64,000 nt of DNA, taken from contig OZ240245.1 in assembly GCA_965198175.1 (NCBI GenBank), forward strand, positions 4,800,001 through 4,864,000. Reading direction: 5' to 3'. Below the pieces are notes generated by a model. That model was not told where the DNA came from. It did not search any database and saw nothing but the letters and a program-made list of their open reading frames with translations. Positions 11,501-20,198 of this stretch are shown here, in pieces. Numbering within the stretch: the first letter of the stretch is position 1; the number at the start of each line of letters is the position of its first letter. The position numbers were made by a program, and so were the translations under genes. This DNA is from Candidatus Poribacteria bacterium (GTDB taxonomy: Bacteria > Poribacteria > WGA-4E > PCPOR2b).

Positions 11501-14500
11501 ATCAAACCGCCGACGCTTGGCGCAATCATTGCCGATGCGAAAACAAAATTTATAATGAAAACTTTCGAGCTCTGGATTCCGGGTGCAGAACAATACACCC
11601 TTTTTGGCGATCCGGCGACTCGGCTTGCGGTGCCGAATTTAGAGATTTCCGTTGAACTGGAAGAAATTGCGCTTGATTCGGACAAGGACATAGTGATTCT
11701 TCCGAACCGGGTGGGCCGCTATCAATTTTCCCCGGTGACCGGGAAAACTGAATTTACGACAGCAACCGATTTCAATACCGGCTCGATGTCAGCGCTGGCA
11801 CTATTTGCAAATGATTTGGATGCCGATGCCACCAACGACAATCCAAGACGACGTAGTCGAATTCAGGTTTGGCAAGGCGAATTTGGCGCAATTCACATCC
11901 CTATTCCTCAGAATACGAAACCTGGACAAGGGATTGTGCGTCTCTTCGCCTTCGACAATCAGCGCGCGGCAATTGGTGGTACGAAGTTTTGGATGTATCA
12001 GCCGATTATCCATGAGGTGCGCGAAGTCATGGATGATAAAGTAACACAAACCCTGAGTCTCTCCGTACAGATTGTGGATAACGAGGGAATCGCTGGCATC
12101 AAATCTGCTGAGGTCATCTGGAGTGATACAGTCGATTTCAAAGAGCAGACCACTACGATGATACCCAACCCGACGCCTCCAGAATCCACTGTGCAAGGAG
12201 GCGAGTGGTACAAGCTCCAGGCACCAATTCCTCTGCCGAAAAGAGGAAAAACGGTGCGTTATCAGATAGTCGTAACGGATAGCACCAACAACGTCATTCG
12301 AAGCGAAAGGAAAACGGTTAAAGTGCCCGAGGGCGCAAATGTCGCCATCGCATCAATGGCATCTAAAGTCACCGCCATTCGATATGGTTTCTCAAAGGAG
12401 CTCAAAGCCTTCACATTGAGTGCGGATTTGGTCAATAATGGCGGTCAACTAGTCGATTTAGACATAGAAGTTTGGTTTTCGGAGGGAAATCCAGATTTGA
12501 ACAACGATCACCAAATCGATGCGGATGTAAAGGTTTTCGGACATACCATAGTCAGAGCGGAGGAATGGAGACCGGGAGCAATCGACCTTCAAGAAGTCAC
12601 TGCGACTTTAATCTTGGATGAACCGATCTCGACAGGATTCCATAAAGTCTATGTTTTTGCCGATCCAGAGGATGAAGATGATGACCATGCGGATGATATT
12701 GTCGGTAAGCTCGATGAATCGAGATCCTTCGACAACAAAGGTTTTAACTCATTTGTCGTCAACGAATTTAGTTTGAAAGCGAATGAAACGTTGACCGCAT
12801 TTAGCCTAGATCGGATATTTGACGCCTTTTTCCCGATTGGCGCATCAGAACCAACGACACTCTCAATTGATACTGTTGAGCCACTTGTCTCATTCCAGCC
12901 TGATTTAACTTTTGTGCAACTTCCGATTCCGAGTGCTGTGACATCGCAAAGTCAGGGGATTCAAACCGGTGCGCGAGCCTACAAAATTGAACTGCACTCT
13001 GACACAAATCAACTGGTCAAACCAGCAGAGATCAAACTGCGATTTGACCTGAATACTTTGGAAAATCATGTACAAAAGAAATATAACCTTGCTCCTGATG
13101 ATGATGGATTCAATCGCCTTTTAGATAGGGAAGTAGATGGACTGGCAATCTATGCCTGGCAGGAGAAAATTAAAGCATGGAAACGACTTCCCTCTGAAAT
13201 TCCACGCGATGGTAACGGAAATTTTATTCAAGAAAGGTTTGTAACGCCACCGGCACTTGAAAATACAAGCGTGCAACAGTTGCGGGCATCTGATATTCGT
13301 GTAGACCCAAACCTTACACCTGAAGGGAAATGGGTTGTTTTTTTCCTCGACGCGGACCGATATGAGGTGCTGCTGCGAAGAAATGGCAAAAGTGAAATCG
13401 AAAAATTGGGTCAAACTGGCCATCTGGAAAAATCCTTCAGAGATGAAATCCTTGGAATTGAGTTCAATATTCCCCGTGGAAAAACGGACGCGTTAGGTAG
13501 AAGTCAGATCTTTGAATTTGGAGATATTCTGACGTTTGAAACGCAGTCTTTGCAAGGCGTAATTCGCTTCACTTCTCCCCGTAATGCCAATCGCGGCAAT
13601 GGGACCGCACATGTGAGCGTATACGGTGGTAAGGAGAATCGGTTTGAGATTGGCAATTGGCTCCTCTTTTTCTTAAATAGCAAGCAATTTGAGATTCGCA
13701 ACGGTTTTAATGAACTGGTTCGTTATCAGAGCGGGACACCCGTTCGGGGAGTGGTCAATAAACCGCTAATCCTCAGCGACTTAGGGATTGAATTGCTTGT
13801 TAGTTCGGGCAATCAGCCTTATGAACATGGAGATAAGATTAAATTCGGCACAGCGATGGTGGGAATTATCTCAGCAGAGGTCAAGGAACTCAAAACGGTC
13901 GCCCTTGTATTGAATTCCGATCGAACCGCCCCAAAACTTCAACTTTGGGTGAATGGTGTAATACCGAAGTCCGAAAGTGTAATCTCACCCCGTCCTGAGA
14001 TTTCACTGTTTCTGGAAGATGAGAACGGAGTTGATATGGATAGCTTCATCTTCGCGGTGAGTAAAGATTTTAAGACGTTTAAGAAAATTAAGGACTTCAA
14101 TATCACCAGCGAGGGGCCGGTTACAACGGTTGGCATTTATTACAAACCTATTCTCTACATCGGTCGCTATCTTTTCAGAATTTGGGTAAATGACCTCAAC
14201 GGAAATGAGCTTGGAGGCAAAGGCGGACTCCGTGAATTTCTGTTCTTTGTCGAGGAGGATCCGGATTTGAATTCGCCAACAATTGAAATTTGGGTCAACG
14301 GTGAGGTACTAACGGATGGCGTCGTCTTGCGAGAACAGCCACAGTTTGAGGTTCAGATTGCCGATGAGGAAAAGATCGACCCGGGGGCAGTTCAACTTCT
14401 ATTTGGCGAATGGGAAAGCTTGCTCCTCCCATTACCAGAAGATAGTTACGATTTCGAATTTGATGGTAATCAGCCTACTTTCGCCCGAATCTCTTTCGAG

Positions 14501-14896
14501 CCGGATTTGGTCAATGGTAATTACCAAATTCAAGTCCTCGCTGCTGACGAGAGTGAAAATTCAGCCGAGTCACCGTCTTACCGATTCCGACTCGACGAAC
14601 CGGTAGAAATCTCAGACGTGTTGAACGCGCCGAACCCGGTACGTACAAATACGGCTTTCACTTACAATCTCGTGCAGCCCCCAAATCAGGTGACAATCAA
14701 AATTTATACGGTCAACGGCAGACTTGTCCGCACACTCGAGGAAGATTCCCCCAGAAGGCACTATAATGAAACCTATTGGGACGTGCGTGATGAAAATGGA
14801 GTCCGTCTTGCAAACGGCGCTTATTTCTATAAAGTGATTGTTGAAACAGATGATCGGAAGATTGAGAAAATTGGACGATTGGCAATCTTGCGTTAA
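8582..14896 (+). CDS. Large secreted C25 (gingipain/PorU-like) cysteine peptidase with propeptide and C-terminal FlgD-Ig/T9SS-like domain
   Basis: Hydrophobic signal region, propeptide (GRPRLPV..QPVQYNP), YVLLVGDA, catalytic His (YAGHGG) and Cys (TTCLNG), YTLFGDP, C-terminal NAPNP..IYTVNGRLVRTL..WDVRDENG..NGAYFY; start may be 8606. Confidence 0.85.
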   Translation: MCKWENREMRKSHHFPDEYCRTTPVLQISIRSAPSYWLFLAFSLVYFLILTPCLAESPLQIVYANADSLILKFRLPPLQFNEREVEGRPFAEITFESAVLSMEIGRPRLPVYMQLIGIPGGASPYASILSSQSEIRQSKPIVPAQRPTLNHQQSAIDMDTSFYQRRNTFHPVKLVEVVPLGFIREQRVARLQIQPVQYNPVSGQLKIYNQLQVRIDFHLPRSAPVAPMAPAANQFNTSASQPFEQLFQKNLLNYDQAKVWRQYSSRLERSALAAPAAQSSPQKRYKIPITRTDLYEVTYNTLKRIGADAASIDPDTVTMENGGRRVGVYIFDRDDNGKFNLGDSIVFYGQALIGNKFTNENIYWLFWGGASGSRVGEQDVVPKTSDAPIPIAFKKTEHFEKDYLHDALVDVKSELADHYFWQGLTNQNQNRTLSQKTFRIDVPRAMPRGDIQRNAQLRIRLQGAETKNNAEHRARIMFNKIQQGRVAEWRKQAAPIIVRDVKQREFIHRDTPNFLTIIAEDKPPSPPRENNFDFYLDWFELDYWHAFEASGGRLEFNSDTGPRVHGTVQYRVKNLRRSAVDVYKIIGGSIVSKLVNGQVNQTGTSHELIFEDNLTQPSSYFVVEKGRYSRLTRILSAQPFALRNPANQADYIIISHKDFIENVQPLVEFRQSQGWSLMVVDVETIYDQFSNGIFNPLAIQKFLRYAYTSWQKPAPTYVLLVGDAHWDHKSATVEAFRLDGKSYDLYPIFVPTLYGWSSHSGETAMDHRFVTISGDDTLPDMFIGRLSVQHPHELSDMIRKIVDYEDKPQAGPWQGRLMQIADNNVDHATDDIFERSREELIEEIIPVAYDTRKIYLGQIVSPEVTKRTILDTFNDGVLIAEYAGHGGTHTWADEGIFRIENAQQLQNQRLPFIVTTTCLNGQFDKPLPFGHRSLSEQFMMGRYGAVATLSATRQTFGSANAIFDKDLFSSMFEIKPPTLGAIIADAKTKFIMKTFELWIPGAEQYTLFGDPATRLAVPNLEISVELEEIALDSDKDIVILPNRVGRYQFSPVTGKTEFTTATDFNTGSMSALALFANDLDADATNDNPRRRSRIQVWQGEFGAIHIPIPQNTKPGQGIVRLFAFDNQRAAIGGTKFWMYQPIIHEVREVMDDKVTQTLSLSVQIVDNEGIAGIKSAEVIWSDTVDFKEQTTTMIPNPTPPESTVQGGEWYKLQAPIPLPKRGKTVRYQIVVTDSTNNVIRSERKTVKVPEGANVAIASMASKVTAIRYGFSKELKAFTLSADLVNNGGQLVDLDIEVWFSEGNPDLNNDHQIDADVKVFGHTIVRAEEWRPGAIDLQEVTATLILDEPISTGFHKVYVFADPEDEDDDHADDIVGKLDESRSFDNKGFNSFVVNEFSLKANETLTAFSLDRIFDAFFPIGASEPTTLSIDTVEPLVSFQPDLTFVQLPIPSAVTSQSQGIQTGARAYKIELHSDTNQLVKPAEIKLRFDLNTLENHVQKKYNLAPDDDGFNRLLDREVDGLAIYAWQEKIKAWKRLPSEIPRDGNGNFIQERFVTPPALENTSVQQLRASDIRVDPNLTPEGKWVVFFLDADRYEVLLRRNGKSEIEKLGQTGHLEKSFRDEILGIEFNIPRGKTDALGRSQIFEFGDILTFETQSLQGVIRFTSPRNANRGNGTAHVSVYGGKENRFEIGNWLLFFLNSKQFEIRNGFNELVRYQSGTPVRGVVNKPLILSDLGIELLVSSGNQPYEHGDKIKFGTAMVGIISAEVKELKTVALVLNSDRTAPKLQLWVNGVIPKSESVISPRPEISLFLEDENGVDMDSFIFAVSKDFKTFKKIKDFNITSEGPVTTVGIYYKPILYIGRYLFRIWVNDLNGNELGGKGGLREFLFFVEEDPDLNSPTIEIWVNGEVLTDGVVLREQPQFEVQIADEEKIDPGAVQLLFGEWESLLLPLPEDSYDFEFDGNQPTFARISFEPDLVNGNYQIQVLAADESENSAESPSYRFRLDEPVEISDVLNAPNPVRTNTAFTYNLVQPPNQVTIKIYTVNGRLVRTLEEDSPRRHYNETYWDVRDENGVRLANGAYFYKVIVETDDRKIEKIGRLAILR

Positions 14897-14958
14897 AGAG
14901 CATTATGAAAAAAAACCGACTATCGGCAGCCAAGACCGCAAGCGTTACGATTGAGACG

Positions 14959-15094
14959 TATAGTGAAACCAATAATTATTTATACACTGCGGTAGGTTCG
15001 GTTTCCTAACCGAACCGGTATTTATCTAGTCCGCAGGTGCGGTTGGAAACTGCACCGACCGAAACATGTGTAAATATGAATGGAATTGACTATA
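14959..15094. repeat. MITE/REPIN-like element with imperfect ~28-bp terminal inverted repeats enclosing two REP-like hairpins
   Basis: TATAGT...ACTATA ends; GTAG-GTTCGGTT-TCCT-AACCGAAC (14992-15016) and GGTGCGGTT-GGA-AACTGCACC (to 15056). Confidence 0.55.
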
Positions 15095-15096
15095 GT

Positions 15097-15945
15097 ATGG
15101 AAAAGCGTGATCCAAAGAGAATGAAGGTTGTCTTTGTGGGACGCAGAACTGGCGTCAATATGGGGATAATTGACTGGCTGGACGAAAACTATACGTTTTG
15201 TGCTGCATTCTTCATAGAACAGGATTGGTCCTCACGCAAAGCGCGTATGAAGGAAGTGAGAAGAAGAATTAAACGCCTTGGTTTACTCCGCACGCTTGAC
15301 GAGCTGCTGTTTTTTGGTTTTTACACTCTATGGTATGGGAAAAAAGAAGATCGGCTATGGACAACGCAATTAACCGAACAATTCAGAACGAAATCTACCA
15401 TTGATAAACCTTGCTACTCCTGCGATAACATTCATAATGGTTCTTGGTTGAAGAAGATTAAAGAAATCGCTCCAGATATAATATTAGGTACATGTACGCG
15501 TACAATCTTTAAGCCAAAGTTGTTTAAAATTCCGAAGTTTGGTATGTTTATGTTACACGAGGGAATAACGCCCGAATATAGAGGACTATACACAGCCGGC
15601 TGGGCGCTTTTGCATGGAGAACCTGAATACGTGGGCTATACCTTGCTGAGGATTGATGAAGGGATTGACTCGGGTCCAATTCTGTGTCAAGGCAGCTTTC
15701 CTGACGCTGACAAGTTCGGATTCTATTGGCGATTTGTGGGGCACTTAGCACTTGTGTACGGTTTGCCAGACATGAAACAAGTGCTAGACGCCTTATATCT
15801 TCATAACGGCACCTTCGACGAGGTATCTCAGGTAGGAAGAATTTCCAGAAACTATAGTTGGATTCGCTTTTCCGATTATCTCCGACTTCGGTGGCGGGCG
15901 TTGTTACATCGTCTCTCAAACCGGGAAACAACGAGACGCGCTTGA
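15097..15945 (+). CDS. Formyltransferase family protein (Fmt/PurN-like)
   Basis: LHEGITPEYRG and IDEGIDSGPILCQ motifs; start 15097 or 15121. Confidence 0.8.
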   Translation: MEKRDPKRMKVVFVGRRTGVNMGIIDWLDENYTFCAAFFIEQDWSSRKARMKEVRRRIKRLGLLRTLDELLFFGFYTLWYGKKEDRLWTTQLTEQFRTKSTIDKPCYSCDNIHNGSWLKKIKEIAPDIILGTCTRTIFKPKLFKIPKFGMFMLHEGITPEYRGLYTAGWALLHGEPEYVGYTLLRIDEGIDSGPILCQGSFPDADKFGFYWRFVGHLALVYGLPDMKQVLDALYLHNGTFDEVSQVGRISRNYSWIRFSDYLRLRWRALLHRLSNRETTRRA

Positions 15946-15967
15946 AATTGACGGCAATCCGCCCATG

Positions 15968-16000
15968 AGAAACCGAGTTTTTCAAAAGAGATTGGTTTCT
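15968..16000. terminator. Hairpin between convergent genes
   Basis: AGAAACC...GGTTTCT inverted repeat in the gap between two stop codons. Confidence 0.3.
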
Positions 16001-16026
16001 ACTTTTCCCAAACCAAAACGTGAAGT

Positions 16027-17454
16027 TTATTTTTGAAAATCGGTAAAGTACACGTTAATCGTGCGATTCTTGGCTCTTGCGGAGACCGGATGCGTGCGGA
16101 TTAGCCTCGCCCGCTGACGCACCCATATCCGAAATTGCTCGCTGGAGTCCAACACATTCAAAGTTGCTGCATCAAGCACGAACCACACCCGCTGCCCCTT
16201 CGATTTCCATATCCGCTCAAATCTCTCAATATCTTCCATCACTCCCTTGACAGCGATTGTCTCACGTTCACGAAGATAGTATTCGCCTACCTGTGGAATC
16301 GAAGCCACAACAAGATCTCCCACGCGCATGTCCGACTGGATTGTTGAGAATGCTTCACGCCATTTTGCGCGTCCGCCATTCTCAATGCGAAAGTAGACAT
16401 AGTCCTGAGACAGCATTGTAATGATAATCACACCAGGCAAGATACAACGGAGCATCATCGGAAGTTGCTTTGTCACCCAGATTCGGTCACATCCGATAGC
16501 CACCAGGAGAAAATAGGCAGGTGCGGTGAAAAACAGGTAGTATCCTGCAACATTGAACAAGTATGACGCAATCAACAATAGAATGAGTGGTATACTTGCG
16601 TAGCTAATTAGAAACCACGCGGCACGATTCATGGGGCGAGTTAACGCGGTGAAGAATGCTACAACCGTCACCGGTACACTTAATCCGTGGACTACTGTAA
16701 AGAGGATATAGAGCGGACTCCGAGCCCATTCGTTCAGCCCCCAACCTGAGAATAAGGCGTCACGAAAGTTGGGAAAAGTGAGTAAGAGTAGCGGTGCCGC
16801 AAGTGGGAGGAAGAAAATTATTAGGTTGCGAGGGCGTAGGCCAGCAGGCTGTTCTCGAAAAATCTTGCCTCGCCATAAGCTGATTAAGTATCCAGCAAAT
16901 GCCGGGACGATCATCCCGGAAGGCATATGACACAGGATGAGTAGAATGGAAGCGCCGAGTGAGACGACTATAAAACGGAGTCGATTCCGTTCTAAAGCGA
17001 TAAAAAAAGTCCACGCAGCCAATGCAGCAAAGAAAAAGGTGAAGATATAATGGCGGGCATTCTGCGACCATAGTAGGTGCCAACTTGAAAACGCAACGAA
17101 GGTCGCGGCGAAGATGCCAACTCGCGGGTTAAACATGGACCTTCCAATCATGAAAATAAGCGGAATCGAAGCAATTCCCACAAAGCAAGGGATGAGGCGT
17201 GCTCCCCATTCGTTTGCGCCTGCAATCGACATTGAGAAATTAACAGCAAGATAAGGAATTGGGTTGATTCGGAAATGTTCCATTGAAAATCGTTGCGCAT
17301 CAAGCACTGTGAGCACCTCATCAACCCAGAAGCTCCAAGTGCCTAAATGATAGAAACGCAAGAAAATTCCAACGAGGAGAATCGGAAGCAGCAGCCAATG
17401 CAGATTTTTCAGTTTGGATGGAATGTTGGGAAGGGAGTCTAATAAGTTGGGCAT
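16027..17454 (-). CDS. Membrane glycosyltransferase family 39 (ArnT/PMT-like)
   Basis: LR..HLG..SFWVDE, EWGARL, WSQNARHY motifs, many TM segments. Confidence 0.85.
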   Translation of the reverse strand: MPNLLDSLPNIPSKLKNLHWLLLPILLVGIFLRFYHLGTWSFWVDEVLTVLDAQRFSMEHFRINPIPYLAVNFSMSIAGANEWGARLIPCFVGIASIPLIFMIGRSMFNPRVGIFAATFVAFSSWHLLWSQNARHYIFTFFFAALAAWTFFIALERNRLRFIVVSLGASILLILCHMPSGMIVPAFAGYLISLWRGKIFREQPAGLRPRNLIIFFLPLAAPLLLLTFPNFRDALFSGWGLNEWARSPLYILFTVVHGLSVPVTVVAFFTALTRPMNRAAWFLISYASIPLILLLIASYLFNVAGYYLFFTAPAYFLLVAIGCDRIWVTKQLPMMLRCILPGVIIITMLSQDYVYFRIENGGRAKWREAFSTIQSDMRVGDLVVASIPQVGEYYLRERETIAVKGVMEDIERFERIWKSKGQRVWFVLDAATLNVLDSSEQFRIWVRQRARLIRTHPVSARAKNRTINVYFTDFQK

Positions 17455-17685
17455 CGGGGTGAAAGATGTAGCGTGCTATTTCCTCTATTTGTCCTATACC
17501 AATTCCTCTAAACAACCGTGCGCAATAACCGTGTATGCTCTATCTTCATACGGAAATGGCATTATACGTCCATCTACTTAATTTAGAAGCACATCTGAAA
17601 TCCAGTAGTCATCGGACTTTCCGACCAAACATACCCTCACAGCATCAGTCGGAGCCAAACACAACGCCAAGATGCCGATCTGCCT

Positions 17686-20067
17686 TCATACAATCTTCAG
17701 CGTCTCACCCGGTCTTGTTTCGAATGTCTGACCGTTGAGGATGACTTTGGAAATCCCTGCCTTGGGCGGAACATGCAGGGTGACCCGCTTGGGTCTATGT
17801 CTGAATTGCGGAACAAACGATATCTCAAGGCTCGTGCCGTTCTCCACCAACTGGAACATCAGTGTCAGCGGACCGAACGTCGTTGGCATGTTCACGAACC
17901 GTGTTTGCTCTTCTTCTTTCAGCCAAGCCAAAGGACATAGCCGCAGAAGATGCAACTCCTCATCAGGTTTCAGAAGATCGTCTATCACAGCTAGCCTTGC
18001 CAAATATGCTGCCGGTGCCGCTGAGAAGACGTTACCAGTGACTCCGCCGCGCATTTCGCAGGAAATATATGTTTGGCGGGATAGGCCGCCGGCAAACAGA
18101 CTGTACATGCCCTCCAAGAACTTGGGTCTGTCACCAAGTTGATGCGAGTGGAATATATTCCAACTGTAGCAAGGCTCACACGTATTGGTTTCGTGGAGCA
18201 GACAGGCAGGGTCGGTAAAATACCCGCGATACAGATTGACCTCCGGGCGTTCGCGGAAAAACTGACAGGATGAGCGCATCAGAGGATCGTCAGCGTCCAT
18301 CAATCCGGTGTAGACCAAGAAAATGGGGCCATGAGCAAGATATATCATCTCATCGAAACGAGGTACAACACCGGAGAAAGCTCCCGGAACATAATGGTGT
18401 TCTTGACCGTTGCGGTCGGTCCAAACAGGGCTTTTCTCCGTATGCTCCCGTAGAGCTTTGACAAATACCCCCTTATAGTCCTCGGCTTCTTCAGCAAATT
18501 CCTGAGCACGGGGATGGTCGATCCGCTTTAGCAGGCGGACCGTGGTGGACAGTCCCAGATAACTCCAGCCATCTGCCCAGATAGATTGCATTTGCCGTTG
18601 AGTGTCCGTGTCCACACCCAAAGGCATGAGCCCTTCCACACCGCCGTGCCCGGTGATTCCACGGACATCACGGATGAACTCACATGCCTTTAAGATCGAG
18701 TCAAGCCAGTGATTGATAAAGTCTTTATCATCCGTGAGAAGCGCATGATTGGAAACCGTATGGAGAACCGCGCCATGGTCAGACATCCAATCGATGATGG
18801 CAATACTTTCAGGAGCACCGTAATACCCCGGATGGTAATCGTAGTAGTTGACGGCGTCCTCCGGATCATCTCTTCCGGTGCCCGGCGGCAAGCGAATCCC
18901 CTGCGATTCTTTAAGAATCTCTAAATGCTCTGCCACAAAGTCGTGATAGCCCATCACGTCGAGCAACATGTGGACGTAGAGTAACGTCGGCGTTGGCCAG
19001 AGCTGCTCGTAGTTCAACGTACCGGTGAGGAAGGTACAGTGCCCGGTCGTGGGATTCGTCTCCGTACATAGCTTCACAAACTTTACACTGTGCTCAATGG
19101 TGTCGTTCACGAGCTTCTCAGGCGTTACGATTTCTGCCGCGGTAGCAGGAACCTCCGACCAGTTTCGATTGCTCTCCACAAGGGCTCTGTCGTAACCGAG
19201 GTTTATTTCAGCGTCAAAATCGACTGGCTCTGTGGGTAGGAAAGGCAAGAGCAAATCGACGGACGCGCCCTTCTCCGACGGCATGTCCACAAAGAGTAAA
19301 TTGGATGGGTCACTCTCATCCTTAGGTAGAAAGCGGATATTACAGCTCTGAACACCGACAACGGCCAGGCGGATTCTCCCGTCCGGCTCGACCAGCCTGA
19401 AACCTTGCTCTGCCTCATCATCGGATGCTTCCATCCTCAGTTCCCGAGGATAAGCCAGGTGTTTCGGATTCACGTGGAGCACCCCGCCTCCTTCGCCGGA
19501 AAAAGTATGGCAGGCGTTGACGATTATCTGAAAACCGTATGTGTCAAATGGGCGCCCATCCACCACATCGTGAATCGACAGGCGAATCCAGCAGAAGAGC
19601 GGCTCAATCCCTGTCTCTACCTCTCCACCGCCGGAAACGTGGGCAAAGATTTCTTGGCGCAGCACCAGCCCTTCACGCCTCCACTCGCTCCACAGGAGGG
19701 GAGCTGGCGTTTTGTTCCAGCCCTGATTGCCGACTCGGGGCGCTCTGCCGGCATAGGGGAACGTCGTTTCTGCGTATCCATGTGTGGAGAGGTTTATCGC
19801 TCCCAATCCCAAATAAGGAGAGGGTGACGGTATGAAGGTGAGTTGTACGCCCTGACCGGCATACGGTTTGACGTACCGTTTCAACTGACCCACAGGGCTC
19901 ACCACCGGATGGGCGATAATCGCGCCGTCATAGACGACATTGAACCGGAAGAGATGTGAGGGCCACCCAATAGGCGTCCAAACATTTGTGATGTCCGGCC
20001 ACCAGTTACAGGCGATATCGGCGTTGGGCTCGACGGTGTCTCTATCTTCTGTATCGGTAATTTTCAT
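17686..20067 (-). CDS. Large hypothetical protein, probable six-hairpin glycosidase-like (copy A)
   Basis: 793-aa ORF, paralog of 23529-25943; DHGAVL, C-terminal LHLLRLCPLAWL..PTTFGPL; fold is inference. Confidence 0.6.
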   Translation of the reverse strand: MKITDTEDRDTVEPNADIACNWWPDITNVWTPIGWPSHLFRFNVVYDGAIIAHPVVSPVGQLKRYVKPYAGQGVQLTFIPSPSPYLGLGAINLSTHGYAETTFPYAGRAPRVGNQGWNKTPAPLLWSEWRREGLVLRQEIFAHVSGGGEVETGIEPLFCWIRLSIHDVVDGRPFDTYGFQIIVNACHTFSGEGGGVLHVNPKHLAYPRELRMEASDDEAEQGFRLVEPDGRIRLAVVGVQSCNIRFLPKDESDPSNLLFVDMPSEKGASVDLLLPFLPTEPVDFDAEINLGYDRALVESNRNWSEVPATAAEIVTPEKLVNDTIEHSVKFVKLCTETNPTTGHCTFLTGTLNYEQLWPTPTLLYVHMLLDVMGYHDFVAEHLEILKESQGIRLPPGTGRDDPEDAVNYYDYHPGYYGAPESIAIIDWMSDHGAVLHTVSNHALLTDDKDFINHWLDSILKACEFIRDVRGITGHGGVEGLMPLGVDTDTQRQMQSIWADGWSYLGLSTTVRLLKRIDHPRAQEFAEEAEDYKGVFVKALREHTEKSPVWTDRNGQEHHYVPGAFSGVVPRFDEMIYLAHGPIFLVYTGLMDADDPLMRSSCQFFRERPEVNLYRGYFTDPACLLHETNTCEPCYSWNIFHSHQLGDRPKFLEGMYSLFAGGLSRQTYISCEMRGGVTGNVFSAAPAAYLARLAVIDDLLKPDEELHLLRLCPLAWLKEEEQTRFVNMPTTFGPLTLMFQLVENGTSLEISFVPQFRHRPKRVTLHVPPKAGISKVILNGQTFETRPGETLKIV

Positions 20068-20198
20068 AACATGACTTCAAATTCTCATACAATTTCAGAG
20101 ATGAACCTTGTACAATTCCTACCGGTAATGCAGAAATTTACAAATGGACATATCGTTTCATATGACGCCTAGATGCTTCGAAGTTTGCTCCTTGCTAC

